The notes beneath the pieces are model-generated. The model was not told where the DNA came from, did not search any database, and saw only the letters and a program-made list of their open reading frames with translations. This document shows, piece after piece, positions 1 to 9,270 of a stretch of 64,000 bases of DNA. The stretch's first letter is position 1, and every line of letters starts with the position of its first letter. The DNA is from Escherichia phage ECD7: the sequence record NC_041936.1. One strand, 5' to 3'. The translations under genes were made by a program, and so were the position numbers.

Positions 1-94
1 CTCTGCTATTGCATCATTTGCAACGCTAAAGTTTGCAAAATCTTCTCTCGTTTTCTTATCTTTCCACTGATAGGTCACGCCAGCAACAAACATA

Positions 95-919
95 TTACCA
101 TCCTCGCTCTTTACCAATCAAAAATTCAACTTCACGACGTTTAATGTCTTCTTGAAGGTCTTTAATCTTCTGTCGATCTTGCATGATTTCATCCATCTTG
201 TCAAGTGCCGCAATGAAATCATCGAAACGTTCAAAGGTTTTACCTTCATTTGCTTCGCCAAATTTAACCATTGTCAGGCCGTAACGACTACTAAACAGAC
301 GTTTCAACTGTCCAACGATCTTAGAATCAGTGGTTATAACTTCCAATTCTTCTACTTCACGAAAGAATTTTCTATCAGAATCAATAAACCAGCTAGTTCC
401 TTTATGGTCTCTATCTTCGGTTGCGCTCATTAGAGTATGGTCTTTACCATCAATTTCAATTACATCAATTTGCCCACATGGACTAACATTTTTAACAGTA
501 AAAGGTCTATAATTTATTGCTCGTGCAATAACATAATTAAGGTTAGATACGTTTTCAGCATAATGGCAGAAGTCGGTCATAGCATTCGCATCTTTCCAAG
601 TATAAGTTTTACCAACTTCCCATTTCTGGGGAACTTCTTCAACTTCACGAAAGAATTTTCTATCGAATGGACTAAAGAAATATGTTGCCGTCCAAATGTC
701 TTTTCCTGTAGCAGTTTTCGCCGTATGATAAACACCGTCTAGCTCTATTGCATCAATCCAACCGTTACCCTCGATCTCGATGATGGTAAATGGCTTGTCA
801 CCAATAGCTGCACTGATATCGCTGTTAAGTGGAGAAAGAACACCTTCTCCGTTAGTAATAAACTCAGTTTTAGCGTTTTCGTCTTTCCAGGTGTAAGTTT
901 TACCAATTTCCCATTTCAT
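95..919 (-). CDS. hypothetical protein with two tandem copies of a KWExGKTY...DRKFFREV module
   Basis: ORF track 274 aa; internal repeat (MKWEIGKTYTWKD...FDRKFFREVEE and QKWEVGKTYTWKD...SDRKFFREVEE); paralogous to the next two genes. Confidence 0.55.
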   Translation of the reverse strand: MKWEIGKTYTWKDENAKTEFITNGEGVLSPLNSDISAAIGDKPFTIIEIEGNGWIDAIELDGVYHTAKTATGKDIWTATYFFSPFDRKFFREVEEVPQKWEVGKTYTWKDANAMTDFCHYAENVSNLNYVIARAINYRPFTVKNVSPCGQIDVIEIDGKDHTLMSATEDRDHKGTSWFIDSDRKFFREVEELEVITTDSKIVGQLKRLFSSRYGLTMVKFGEANEGKTFERFDDFIAALDKMDEIMQDRQKIKDLQEDIKRREVEFLIGKERGW

Positions 920-931
920 AATATATTCCCC

Positions 932-1417
932 TTAACCGATTTTATCAAGTTCGTTTAATGCTTTCTCTGCTTCCTGTATAGCTTGCACCCTTTCCGGCAT
1001 TTTGTCAAGAAAATCTTTCAACTCTTCAAAACTGGAGATATGACGCAAGGCGTTAGCACCGATAGCCGCATGTGATTTACATTCAAAGCGGATTTTATAA
1101 TTATCCATCGCCAACTTGAGAAGATCTATTAGATCATATTCATGACCAGGCAATAAAACTTCTTTGAAGCACGCTCGGTCGCCATCGGAAAACCATATAT
1201 TATCACCAACATCGATAGAACTAATATAATCCCCTTCGTGATTATAGATTGAACGTACATTACCCCAACGGTCTACAGTAGCGACAGTAAATGGTTTATC
1301 TAGATATGTAAACACACCATCAATATTAGGTTTTTGTTTGTAACGCCAACAATCACGCAAAATGCGCTTTTCGTCCTCACCAACCAACTTATATGTCTTC
1401 CCTTCTTCCCATTTCAT
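932..1417 (-). CDS. hypothetical protein, KWExGKTY module family
   Basis: ORF track 932..1432; likely start at internal Met (MKWEEGKTYK); C-terminal motif ACFKEV. Confidence 0.5.
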   Translation of the reverse strand: MKWEEGKTYKLVGEDEKRILRDCWRYKQKPNIDGVFTYLDKPFTVATVDRWGNVRSIYNHEGDYISSIDVGDNIWFSDGDRACFKEVLLPGHEYDLIDLLKLAMDNYKIRFECKSHAAIGANALRHISSFEELKDFLDKMPERVQAIQEAEKALNELDKIG

Positions 1418-1456
1418 AATATCATCTCTCATTTTTGATACGTGATTCTAATTGGA

Positions 1457-1948
1457 TCATACGGTCGCGCGTTTGCTTGTATTCGCGGATAGCACCGATT
1501 CGGCTAGGCATACCATCCAGTACGCTCTTAATCCTTCTAGGGTAGTGATTTTAGCAATGCTATTATGTAACCCCATCTTATCGGTCAACTGAATGTCGTA
1601 GGCTTCCATAAGCAGACCCAGACGTTCTAAAGTTAGGTCTTCTTCTTTTTCTTCCGATTCTGGAATCTTAGGTTCAATAGTAACTTCGGTAAAGAAACGA
1701 CGCTCACCCGACCAAAACCACACGCCGGAACAACCAATAGGGGATTCTTTTAACGTCATAGAGTCGTAACCACTGCCGATAATAGTAATTTCTCTAACAT
1801 CACCATCATCGTCAAGGTCTTCTACCCTAAACGGGCGACCAGCCAACAAGTCAACAATACATCTGTTAATAGACGACGAAAATTTAGTCAGTTCGGCTTT
1901 CGACGCTTCGCATTCAATCTTGTAAGTTTTACCAACTTCCCATTCCAT
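1457..1948 (-). CDS. hypothetical protein, KWExGKTY module family
   Basis: ORF track 1457..1957; MEWEVGKTYK start and ERRFFTEV motif. Confidence 0.5.
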   Translation of the reverse strand: MEWEVGKTYKIECEASKAELTKFSSSINRCIVDLLAGRPFRVEDLDDDGDVREITIIGSGYDSMTLKESPIGCSGVWFWSGERRFFTEVTIEPKIPESEEKEEDLTLERLGLLMEAYDIQLTDKMGLHNSIAKITTLEGLRAYWMVCLAESVLSANTSKRATV

Positions 1949-1958
1949 AATAATCACC

Positions 1959-2468
1959 TCAAATAATTTTCACTGGAATACTATTAACAATCTTGTATTG
2001 TACTTGATTGTCAGACCCCCGCCACGGCTTCTTCGTTGGCATATCTTTAATATAACGCCCATCGATGAACATGTCAACTGATTCTACAATTTTTCTTTGC
2101 TCATCATTCAATTGGTCAAGGGTATAACCGGACCATAGCCAAATATCTTTATTTGGCATCCATGATTTTACTTCATCGATGATCCGCTGTACACCCTTTA
2201 AATTGCGTTTATACAGTGGATCGCCACCTAAGAATGTTAGCCCCTGAATAAAATCAGGTCTAAGCAGATCCAGAATCAATCCCATTGTATCATCGGTGAA
2301 TGGTTCCCCGTTCTTAGGATTGAGTAGGCTAGCATTAAAGCAACCATCACATGCGTGTGAACATCCGGTAACGTAAAGGGAGACTCTCACTCCCTCACCG
2401 TTAACCATATCACAATCTTTAATATCGGCATAGCGTAGTTTGCCGTATGTATCAGAACTCATATTCAA
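1959..2468 (-). CDS. nrdG: anaerobic ribonucleotide reductase activating protein (radical SAM)
   Basis: 169 aa; Cys cluster GCSHACDGC of the radical-SAM activase type; immediately downstream of nrdD as in T4. Confidence 0.85.
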   Translation of the reverse strand: MNMSSDTYGKLRYADIKDCDMVNGEGVRVSLYVTGCSHACDGCFNASLLNPKNGEPFTDDTMGLILDLLRPDFIQGLTFLGGDPLYKRNLKGVQRIIDEVKSWMPNKDIWLWSGYTLDQLNDEQRKIVESVDMFIDGRYIKDMPTKKPWRGSDNQVQYKIVNSIPVKII

Positions 2469-2604
2469 TTACCCCGAACTCGTTTACAATCTGCGCTTTA
2501 TAGTAACCACCGCGAGATGCTAATAGATAAGCTGGGCTTAGGTATTCGTATTCACGGATTTCTACTTGTGCGTTTTCAGTTTCCCAAATCAGTAAAGTCC
2601 ACAT
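2452..2604 (-). CDS. small hypothetical protein (about 50 aa)
   Basis: ORF 2452..2679 trimmed to the internal Met preceded by AGGAGAATCAAAT and lying downstream of the promoter at 2647-2675. Confidence 0.35.
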   Translation of the reverse strand: MWTLLIWETENAQVEIREYEYLSPAYLLASRGGYYKAQIVNEFGVIEYEF

Positions 2605-2646
2605 ATTTGATTCTCCTGTAAAGTTGTATCTCGTCTTGATGAATAT

Positions 2647-2675
2647 AGTATAGGGGATCTCGCGATCCCCGTCAA
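2647..2675 (-). promoter_or_regulatory. early sigma70-like promoter TTGACG-17-TATACT with palindromic spacer (GGGATC..GATCCC)
   Basis: Hexamers and spacing read on the minus strand; anchored to the ATG at 2679; followed by leader and SD AGGAGAATCAAAT. Confidence 0.5.
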
Positions 2676-2679
2676 GCAT

Positions 2680-3228
2680 TTATTTTAAATTTTTTCGAAT
2701 GTATTCAGACCATTCCTTCCCTGTCATTTCGGACCCGTTCTGGAAACTGAAATATTCATACGGCATCGAGTCAAGATAAAACAGGATCATACATCGCGCC
2801 ATATAATACCAATCACGATTAAAGTAAACTACGTTATCACCAGTACCATCAACCCCTTTATCATAACCATCGCGGGTACGGGCGACCCATTGAATAGTAT
2901 CATTTTTCTCGCGGATCGTAACAGGTTCCCAATATCCAGCACATCCAGCATGACCACACAAACAAGTCAGGAAATATTGACCTTTTGCTTTGTTGTCATC
3001 CCATTCACGATGGATTGGTTCGATCTCGTGAAACAGTGCTAAGCAATCATGATTATGCAACACTGGCTTACCATCAATCAATGCATGGAATGTATACAAA
3101 CGACCAGTAGACAAATAGCTATCCTCACGCTCAACCAGTTCAATAGCAATCTTTTTAGCTCGTTCTTTGTGTCGTTGTGCTTTACGCTTACGGTTTAATG
3201 ATTTCATATTCACCTCACACATTATCAA
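2680..3228 (-). CDS. hypothetical protein
   Basis: ORF track 182 aa; no recognised motif. Confidence 0.5.
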   Translation of the reverse strand: MIMCEVNMKSLNRKRKAQRHKERAKKIAIELVEREDSYLSTGRLYTFHALIDGKPVLHNHDCLALFHEIEPIHREWDDNKAKGQYFLTCLCGHAGCAGYWEPVTIREKNDTIQWVARTRDGYDKGVDGTGDNVVYFNRDWYYMARCMILFYLDSMPYEYFSFQNGSEMTGKEWSEYIRKNLK

Positions 3229-3770
3229 AGGTCGCGATATAGTACATTATGAAAATGAGAACTTGCATTACCAATATTGTAGATAATAAATTCTTCATCC
3301 GGCGCTTGCGCTACAAATTGAGTATGAGCAACCGCCACAACCTTAAAAATACGATCCGTGATCTTGTGTTTAATTTCGGCTCCTACTTCCATAGGAACAT
3401 ATTCATGTGTTTCTGTTTCAGTCGCAAAACAGCCATCTTCTTCATAAGCACGAACAAATCGATCGCAATCAGTACGCTTAACAAATTCAAGAGTATACAA
3501 TTCTCGTGAATTGTCGGTATAGACTAATACAGAATTATTCTGATAGCGAATCACATACAGGTTATTATCATCGTCAATTACGCAAAAGCTACGGATTTGT
3601 GTTCCTTCGCCTTTACTCCAGCAGATATTAACCACAGTTCCTCTAATAAAAAAACTTTCCTTTAAATTAAAACTAGCCAATGTGCTAGCGTGCATTTTAA
3701 CAACAACACCATCGCCAATTTCCAGTTTACGAAGTTTAACTTCTTTGCTCAGTACACAAAACATCATCAT
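3225..3770 (-). CDS. hypothetical protein
   Basis: ORF track 181 aa; promoter and SD upstream; ATGATGATG start. Confidence 0.5.
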   Translation of the reverse strand: MMMFCVLSKEVKLRKLEIGDGVVVKMHASTLASFNLKESFFIRGTVVNICWSKGEGTQIRSFCVIDDDNNLYVIRYQNNSVLVYTDNSRELYTLEFVKRTDCDRFVRAYEEDGCFATETETHEYVPMEVGAEIKHKITDRIFKVVAVAHTQFVAQAPDEEFIIYNIGNASSHFHNVLYRDL

Positions 3771-3799
3771 GTTGTCCTCTCGTTGTTTTCGATGTGAGC

Positions 3800-3827
3800 A
3801 TTATACATTAGCTAATCATGTTGTCAA
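3800..3827 (-). promoter_or_regulatory. early promoter TTGACA-16-TATAAT (AT palindrome ATTAGCTAAT in spacer)
   Basis: Consensus hexamers downstream of the nrdD terminator and upstream of the 3770 start. Confidence 0.55.
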
Positions 3828-3830
3828 CAC

Positions 3831-3864
3831 CCCAAAACGAAAAAGCCGACCCTTTCGGATCGGC
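3831..3864 (-). terminator. rho-independent terminator after nrdD
   Basis: Hairpin GCCGATCCGAAAGGGTCGGC followed by TTTTTCGTTTT on the minus strand. Confidence 0.6.
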
Positions 3865-3870
3865 TGAAAT

Positions 3871-5733
3871 TTACATGTGCTTAACGCGGTTTACCATCTC
3901 GGAGTGTTTCCCGTGATTAAATGGACGCAGATCAACAGATCCAAGATATCCACTAACGCGACGGATAACATTCATCTTTTCCAGATTGTCATTGCCGCAA
4001 TCAGGACAAACAAAACCAGACTCGGTCGCTCTCATTTCCTTATTAGATCCGCATACATGACATACATCAGAAGGAGTATTAACACCGAAGTAGTGCAATT
4101 TATCCATTGCATAGTCTACTACAGTTTCAAGACCTTTCAGGTTGTTTTTCATGTCTGGGAACTCAACATAAGAGATCATGCCACCGGACGCCAGCCAGTG
4201 ATAATCTTTCTCAAAGTCGATTTTCTCAAATGGTGTGACTTTCCGGTCTACGTCAAGGTGGAATGAGTTGGTGTACCAGTCTTTATCGGTAGCACCCTTA
4301 ACAATACCAAATTGCTCTCTGTCCAGTCGATTAAATCGATAGCAAAGGCTCTCGGCTGGCGTACCGTAAAGACTAAACCCAAGTCCGGTTTCATCCTTCC
4401 ATTTTTCAGTATAATGACGCAAGATCTTAAGAATATGTTTACCGTATCGCTGCGCATCTTCCGAATCAAACGGATGAACACCAAACAGGACGCTCAATAC
4501 CTCATGTAAACCAATATATCCAAGAGAGATACTAGCGCGACCATCTTTCAGAACTTCCAAAATTTCATCGTTTTGATGAATACGGAAAAATGCACCTTCG
4601 GTATACAGCACCGGAGCAACATTGGCTTTAGCACCTTTTAAAGCGTCTACGCGACTCATGAGAGCATCAAAGCAAATAGGCAGACGATTAGCTAGCTCTT
4701 GTTCGAATAGCTCAATTCTGCGCATTACAGACGCTTTACCAGCACGACGCGCGGCAATAAGAGCAATACGCGGAAGATTCAGAGTCACAACACCCAAGTT
4801 ATTGCGTCCGTCTAATACTTCCTCGCCTTTCTCATTATGCCACACACCCAGGAAGCTACGACAACCCATCGGGCTAACCGGAACACTAGATCCAGTGATA
4901 CTACGGTTATTCTTCGCAGAGATATAATCAGGGTAAAGACGCTTACTAGAACATTCCAATGCAAGTTGCTTAATGTCGTAGTTCGGATCTTCCGGTTTAA
5001 GGTTTAATCCTTCTTCTAAGAACATCACCAGCTTAGGAAACACCGGAGTGATACCATCTTTACCTAAACCTTTAGTTCGAACGTTCAGGATCGCTTTCTG
5101 AATCAGTTTTTCTTCCCAGCTAGTACCCATACCAAAGGTTAAAGTCACAAAAGGCGTTTGACCGTTGGTGGAGAACAAAGTGTTGATTTCATATTCCAAC
5201 GCTTGATACCCGTCTAAAGTTTCTTTTTCTGTCTTCTCTTGTGCATAGAGAGTATCAGCTTTGATTCCGTAGGTTTCGGCATCAGCAAGGTGTTTATGAT
5301 ATGTTTTCTCAACATACGGTGCTAACACCTGATCGATGTTTGCGATTGTGGTCCCGCCATATTGATGACTTGCCACCTGTGCGATAATTTGAGCGGTTAC
5401 AGCACAAGCAACGCCGATCGATTTCGGACTTTCGATTTGTGCGCTACCCAATTTAAAACCATTCTCTAACATGTCTTTGAGATTAACAAGACAGCAGTTA
5501 GTAAACGGCATAGCGGGTGCATAATCCATATCATGATAATGAATATCACCGTCTACATGCGCTTTATAGATGTGCTCAGGTAACACGGTTTTAGCAATCT
5601 GTTTAGACACAGCACCAGCAATCAGATCTCGACGTGTCGGGAATGTTCGCGCGTCTTTGTTCGCGTTCTCTTTGCTTACTTCGTTTTCTTTACCCGTTGC
5701 GATCTCTGTAATGTCTTTGATTAGTTTTTCCAT
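3871..5733 (-). CDS. nrdD: anaerobic ribonucleoside-triphosphate reductase (glycyl radical enzyme), uninterrupted
   Basis: 620 aa; C-terminal glycyl-radical motif RVSGYLG and Zn-ribbon CHVCGS...CPDCGN; no intron in the ORF. Confidence 0.95.
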   Translation of the reverse strand: MEKLIKDITEIATGKENEVSKENANKDARTFPTRRDLIAGAVSKQIAKTVLPEHIYKAHVDGDIHYHDMDYAPAMPFTNCCLVNLKDMLENGFKLGSAQIESPKSIGVACAVTAQIIAQVASHQYGGTTIANIDQVLAPYVEKTYHKHLADAETYGIKADTLYAQEKTEKETLDGYQALEYEINTLFSTNGQTPFVTLTFGMGTSWEEKLIQKAILNVRTKGLGKDGITPVFPKLVMFLEEGLNLKPEDPNYDIKQLALECSSKRLYPDYISAKNNRSITGSSVPVSPMGCRSFLGVWHNEKGEEVLDGRNNLGVVTLNLPRIALIAARRAGKASVMRRIELFEQELANRLPICFDALMSRVDALKGAKANVAPVLYTEGAFFRIHQNDEILEVLKDGRASISLGYIGLHEVLSVLFGVHPFDSEDAQRYGKHILKILRHYTEKWKDETGLGFSLYGTPAESLCYRFNRLDREQFGIVKGATDKDWYTNSFHLDVDRKVTPFEKIDFEKDYHWLASGGMISYVEFPDMKNNLKGLETVVDYAMDKLHYFGVNTPSDVCHVCGSNKEMRATESGFVCPDCGNDNLEKMNVIRRVSGYLGSVDLRPFNHGKHSEMVNRVKHM

Positions 5734-5745
5734 TGTATCACCTAT

Positions 5746-5768
5746 GAAAAAGCGGGATTTCTCCCGCT
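5746..5768 (-). terminator. terminator-like hairpin plus U5 ending 13 nt upstream of the nrdD start codon
   Basis: AGCGGGAGAAATCCCGCT + TTTTT then CATAGGTGATACA-ATG on the minus strand. Confidence 0.45.
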
Positions 5769-5777
5769 CGTTGATAG

Positions 5778-6272
5778 TTATTTTACCAGTTCTGCTAATT
5801 CTTTTTCCGCCGCTTCCAGTTCAGCTTTCAGTTGTTTGATCTCTTGTCGCTTCTTATTAGCGGCTTCCTGCTTACTATTTCGGATAACCTGATCTAGATA
5901 CAACTCCCAATCCTGAATATTTTTGATAATGTAACCGTCAACATTAATTGGTCGGAGATTCAGTACAGCTTCCAGTTTAGTTGGAAAAACTTTAATTGCT
6001 GGGGTGAAGTATTCATATTCGTTATCTTCAAACCAATAACCTAGACTTGCATTATCAATACGAAGACGAAGTTCAAGATCAAGGTCTTTATCTTCGGTGT
6101 ATAGGTCTTTTACACACCCCATAGAATTAACAACAACTTTAAAACGAATTTTATCTACACCACCAAACACATCAGTAAGGATACCAGCAATTGAGCTATT
6201 AGCGCAAGATTGGTCGCTGAATGCGTCAAGGTTTTCTTTAGTTACAGTATACCAAACATCTTGTACCCACAT
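5778..6272 (-). CDS. hypothetical protein
   Basis: ORF track 164 aa; coiled-coil C-terminus. Confidence 0.5.
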   Translation of the reverse strand: MWVQDVWYTVTKENLDAFSDQSCANSSIAGILTDVFGGVDKIRFKVVVNSMGCVKDLYTEDKDLDLELRLRIDNASLGYWFEDNEYEYFTPAIKVFPTKLEAVLNLRPINVDGYIIKNIQDWELYLDQVIRNSKQEAANKKRQEIKQLKAELEAAEKELAELVK

Positions 6273-6302
6273 AATATAATCCTCTCGTTGTTAAGTGGGA
6301 GT

Positions 6303-6330
6303 ATTATAGCATACTCCCTTTGCACGTCAA
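6303..6330 (-). promoter_or_regulatory. early promoter TTGACG-16-TATAAT with stem-loop GGGAGTAT/ATACTCCC spanning the -10
   Basis: The -35 overlaps the stop of the upstream gene; leader ends GAGGATTATATT-ATG. Confidence 0.5.
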
Positions 6331-7505
6331 GCACTAACTTTTTTCTTTACTGCTTTCACCTTCTGGCGAATTGCTCGAATCTCTTCGATCTCTTTTTCAG
6401 TATCTTTAACAATTTCTTTGCGATTCTGAATATCTTTATCGAGATTATCATCAAGTTTAGGCAGCATGTCAATCAAGAACTTTTTAAGGTCTTTCAGGTT
6501 TCGGATAACAGCACCTTCACCCATTACCGCCACACCAACACCATCCGGCAGATCACCAAACAGCTTAACCAGTTCAGACAGATGATCATGATCTTCTAGT
6601 GCTTCTTCCGGTTCAGATGGCAGTTCAACAAAGTTATAACGTTCATCATTGCTGATCAAGTGATACCACCAAACCCCGAAAGATTTCGGTGTATATTCTA
6701 CACCATCAATTTCAACCGCGTCAACACTTCCATAATCATCTACTTTAGTTACCTTAAATCCTTGTCCCAGCTTTTGAACAATTTCAACAACATTACTTGA
6801 TACAGTTTCAGCGGTAAACCAATATGGCAAATTATGCTGATTTGGCTTGTAGCGTTCACCTACTTTAAATCTCTGACCAGCCGCTTGCATAGAATGAAAT
6901 TGTTGTTTCGTGATTTCCGCGAAGTATTCAAATTCGCCATCATCAAACACACAAGCCCATTGATCACAAAAACGATCTGCCTTAACAGTTTCACCTTTCG
7001 CGGTGATCATGGTAGCTGATCCGTGCAATTCTTCTTCAACTAAAAAGCCATATTCGGCAAAATCAACAAGTTTCATGGCTTCTTTATGCTCTGGGTCATG
7101 CTCTCCCCAGAATCGCTTAAATTCTTGCAAACCTTCTGGGGTAAACGAATAACATTTACCTTTTTCAAAGTAAGTCGGCATTGCATCCTCTTTCTTGTTC
7201 ATCGCTTCGTATGCCTCTTTTGAGATGCGTTTAAAGTATTTACGCTCATTGTGCATAATCATAGTAGCCCAATAATCAACAATATCATTAGCGGAATAAA
7301 CTACATCTCCAGCTTCAATAGTAATAACATGACCGTGGTCATCTTTTTCTAATACTTTAAAGCCCTTTTCGACGATTTCAGCAACCCGAATATGACCACG
7401 GCGCGAAGCATCGGTCAGAATAATTGAATAGCGAGAAAAGTCTAGAAACTCATCTTTACCGCCTTCACGGAATGCATAGTAATGACCTTCAAAGAATTTA
7501 GCCAT
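6327..7505 (-). CDS. hypothetical protein with two internal GFKV...ERKYFKRI-type modules
   Basis: ORF track 392 aa; repeats GFKVLEKDDHGHVITIEAGD...NERKYFKRI and GFKVTKVDDYGSVDAVEIDG...NDERYNFVEL. Confidence 0.55.
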   Translation of the reverse strand: MAKFFEGHYYAFREGGKDEFLDFSRYSIILTDASRRGHIRVAEIVEKGFKVLEKDDHGHVITIEAGDVVYSANDIVDYWATMIMHNERKYFKRISKEAYEAMNKKEDAMPTYFEKGKCYSFTPEGLQEFKRFWGEHDPEHKEAMKLVDFAEYGFLVEEELHGSATMITAKGETVKADRFCDQWACVFDDGEFEYFAEITKQQFHSMQAAGQRFKVGERYKPNQHNLPYWFTAETVSSNVVEIVQKLGQGFKVTKVDDYGSVDAVEIDGVEYTPKSFGVWWYHLISNDERYNFVELPSEPEEALEDHDHLSELVKLFGDLPDGVGVAVMGEGAVIRNLKDLKKFLIDMLPKLDDNLDKDIQNRKEIVKDTEKEIEEIRAIRQKVKAVKKKVSA

Positions 7506-7536
7506 AATATAATCCTCTCGTTGTTTAGATTGTAGT

Positions 7537-7565
7537 ATCTTACTACTCCCGTTTCATCATGTCAA
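7537..7565 (-). promoter_or_regulatory. early promoter TTGACA-17-TAAGAT with dyad GTAGTA/TACTAC
   Basis: Anchored between the 7562 stop and the 7505 start. Confidence 0.45.
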
Positions 7566-8128
7566 GCGTTAAATGACTTTTGGATCTCTTTCAGTTCAGC
7601 TACTTTATCGGCGCTATATTTTGCTTGATGTTCCATGCGCTTAATCTCACCTTTGATATAGGTTTCTAGCTTAGGTTTATTCTCAATCAGAAAATCTTTC
7701 AAGTCATCGGCATTTTTAAAGTATAGCTGATTATCAAAGCTAAAATCTTCCAGCGTCAATGATACCAAAGAAGACTTCGCAAACAAGTTAATCAGATCTT
7801 CCAGCGATTCTTCTTTCTTAACTGGTTTCATTTCTTCAAACTGCTTTTTAGTGATGCGTTTAAAGTATTTGCGCTCGCTTGCATCAATCATGATTGACGC
7901 GCCCTCATAATCATGAGTTTCTACCAAATACACTTTACCCATAACATTAACCGTAAGAACTTTAAAGCCCCTGTGAAGCACACCATACAGGAACTTGTTA
8001 TGTTGTGGATAGCGTTTAACAAATTCCTCTACGGACTCAGCATTACGGAAAGTGTAATAACGACCTCGTTCAAAAACAGCATCATTTGAAGACTTAGCCG
8101 GATACAATTTATACGTTTTCTGTACCAT
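7562..8128 (-). CDS. hypothetical protein, same module family
   Basis: ORF track 7562..8146; MVQKTYKLYP start; GFKVLTVNVMGKVYLVETHD...SERKYFKRI. Confidence 0.5.
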   Translation of the reverse strand: MVQKTYKLYPAKSSNDAVFERGRYYTFRNAESVEEFVKRYPQHNKFLYGVLHRGFKVLTVNVMGKVYLVETHDYEGASIMIDASERKYFKRITKKQFEEMKPVKKEESLEDLINLFAKSSLVSLTLEDFSFDNQLYFKNADDLKDFLIENKPKLETYIKGEIKRMEHQAKYSADKVAELKEIQKSFNA

Positions 8129-8142
8129 AATATAATCCTCTA

Positions 8143-8415
8143 TCATGTCACTAATTGAACAGCACGAAACAGAATGCGGTCACACGGAAGCAGCATAAAT
8201 TCCCAACGCGGATCAAAATCTTTAGCGGTGTATGTTTTCCCATCAACAGAGATTTCACTTACATAACCAATAGGTGACACTTTAAGAACAGTAAATCCAT
8301 TTTTGATTGCTTCGTAGGTATCTTTCAGACCTTCGTAGTCGTCCTCTAAGAAGTCTTTACGTGCTTGCTCAGATTTAAAAACATAGGCAACACCAGCTTT
8401 AAACATCTTACGCAT
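8143..8415 (-). CDS. hypothetical protein, related module
   Basis: ORF 8143..8475 trimmed to the Met preceded by GAAGGAGAATCAACA; GFTVLKVSPIGYVSEISVDG motif. Confidence 0.45.
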   Translation of the reverse strand: MRKMFKAGVAYVFKSEQARKDFLEDDYEGLKDTYEAIKNGFTVLKVSPIGYVSEISVDGKTYTAKDFDPRWEFMLLPCDRILFRAVQLVT

Positions 8416-8446
8416 TGTTGATTCTCCTTCTTGATTAGATGGGAGC

Positions 8447-8475
8447 ATTTTACTACTCCCATTTCTTATTGTCAA
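8447..8475 (-). promoter_or_regulatory. early promoter TTGACA-17-TAAAAT with dyad GGGAG/CTCCC
   Basis: Upstream of the 8415 start (SD GAAGGAGAATCAACA). Confidence 0.45.
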
Positions 8476-8478
8476 CTA

Positions 8479-8952
8479 CTATCTTAATCTTTGTATGAAT
8501 TGTTTCTTATACTTCTTCGTGATCTCTTCTCGTGTATCAGCGTCGCAGTAATCGAAACCTTCTGCGTCCATAATATCAACCATCTCCGCGCGTGTCAAGC
8601 GTGAAAATCGTTTTACTTTATCAACAGCATATTGAGGATGTAAATGATTGTTGGTGTAGTCTCCTTTGATGTAATTAACATAGTTTGTAGCCCAAACAAC
8701 GAAATCAGCACCTAAAGCACCAACACCAAACCGTTTAAAGTCTCCGGTCAACGATCCTTCTAGGCGGTTGCAACACGAATGAAGCAATCCCCTTACGCGG
8801 CCTTGCCCTTTACCATCTAGATCGTGGTCGTGGTCAAGATGGTTTTTGCTCATATCCTCAAAAAGTGGCAATTGACAAAGGGGGCAAATGCCCCCCTGTT
8901 TTTCGAATAGTTCTTGTTTGTACTCTTTAGCACTCTTAGCAGTCAGTAACAT
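8479..8952 (-). CDS. 49: recombination endonuclease VII (Holliday junction resolvase)
   Basis: NHLDHDHDLDG...GRVRGLLHSCCNRLEG matches the T4 gp49 Zn-binding/catalytic region; MLLTAK start parallels T4 MLLTGK. Confidence 0.85.
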   Translation of the reverse strand: MLLTAKSAKEYKQELFEKQGGICPLCQLPLFEDMSKNHLDHDHDLDGKGQGRVRGLLHSCCNRLEGSLTGDFKRFGVGALGADFVVWATNYVNYIKGDYTNNHLHPQYAVDKVKRFSRLTRAEMVDIMDAEGFDYCDADTREEITKKYKKQFIQRLR

Positions 8953-8976
8953 AAATTCACCCTCCAAAGAAGGTAT

Positions 8977-9270
8977 TTAACCATTAATCTTGTTTTTGAC
9001 TACAAAGGATCGGAACTCATCAAAGCCACCGATATAATCACCATCATAGAAAATCTGCGGCATGGTGGCAATAACTTCTACCCCTGCGCGATCCTGAATG
9101 TCGGCAATGATAGAATCAATCTTTACAGGGCGACCGTTTTCGTCCACACCATCATTGACAGGAATATAGATGTAAGGGATCTTACGCGATTCACAAAGGC
9201 GCTTTGCATTCTGGCAATACTTACAGTTGTAACCTTCAAAACCAAAAATTTCTACCATGTTGTACCTCAA
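8977..9270 (-). CDS. nrdC: phage thioredoxin/glutaredoxin (NrdC-like)
   Basis: CKYCQNAKRL redox motif and TMPQIFYDGDYIGGFD closely parallel T4 NrdC. Confidence 0.8.
   Translation of the reverse strand: MRYNMVEIFGFEGYNCKYCQNAKRLCESRKIPYIYIPVNDGVDENGRPVKIDSIIADIQDRAGVEVIATMPQIFYDGDYIGGFDEFRSFVVKNKING

Noticed and set aside
152-742. Plus-strand ORFs (152-433, 330-512, 437-742) inside the minus-strand gene 95-919
   Set aside because: They are antisense to a better-supported gene in a uniformly minus-strand early block, with no SD or promoter context; treated as shadow ORFs. The same applies to the other short plus-strand ORFs between 3 kb and 31 kb.
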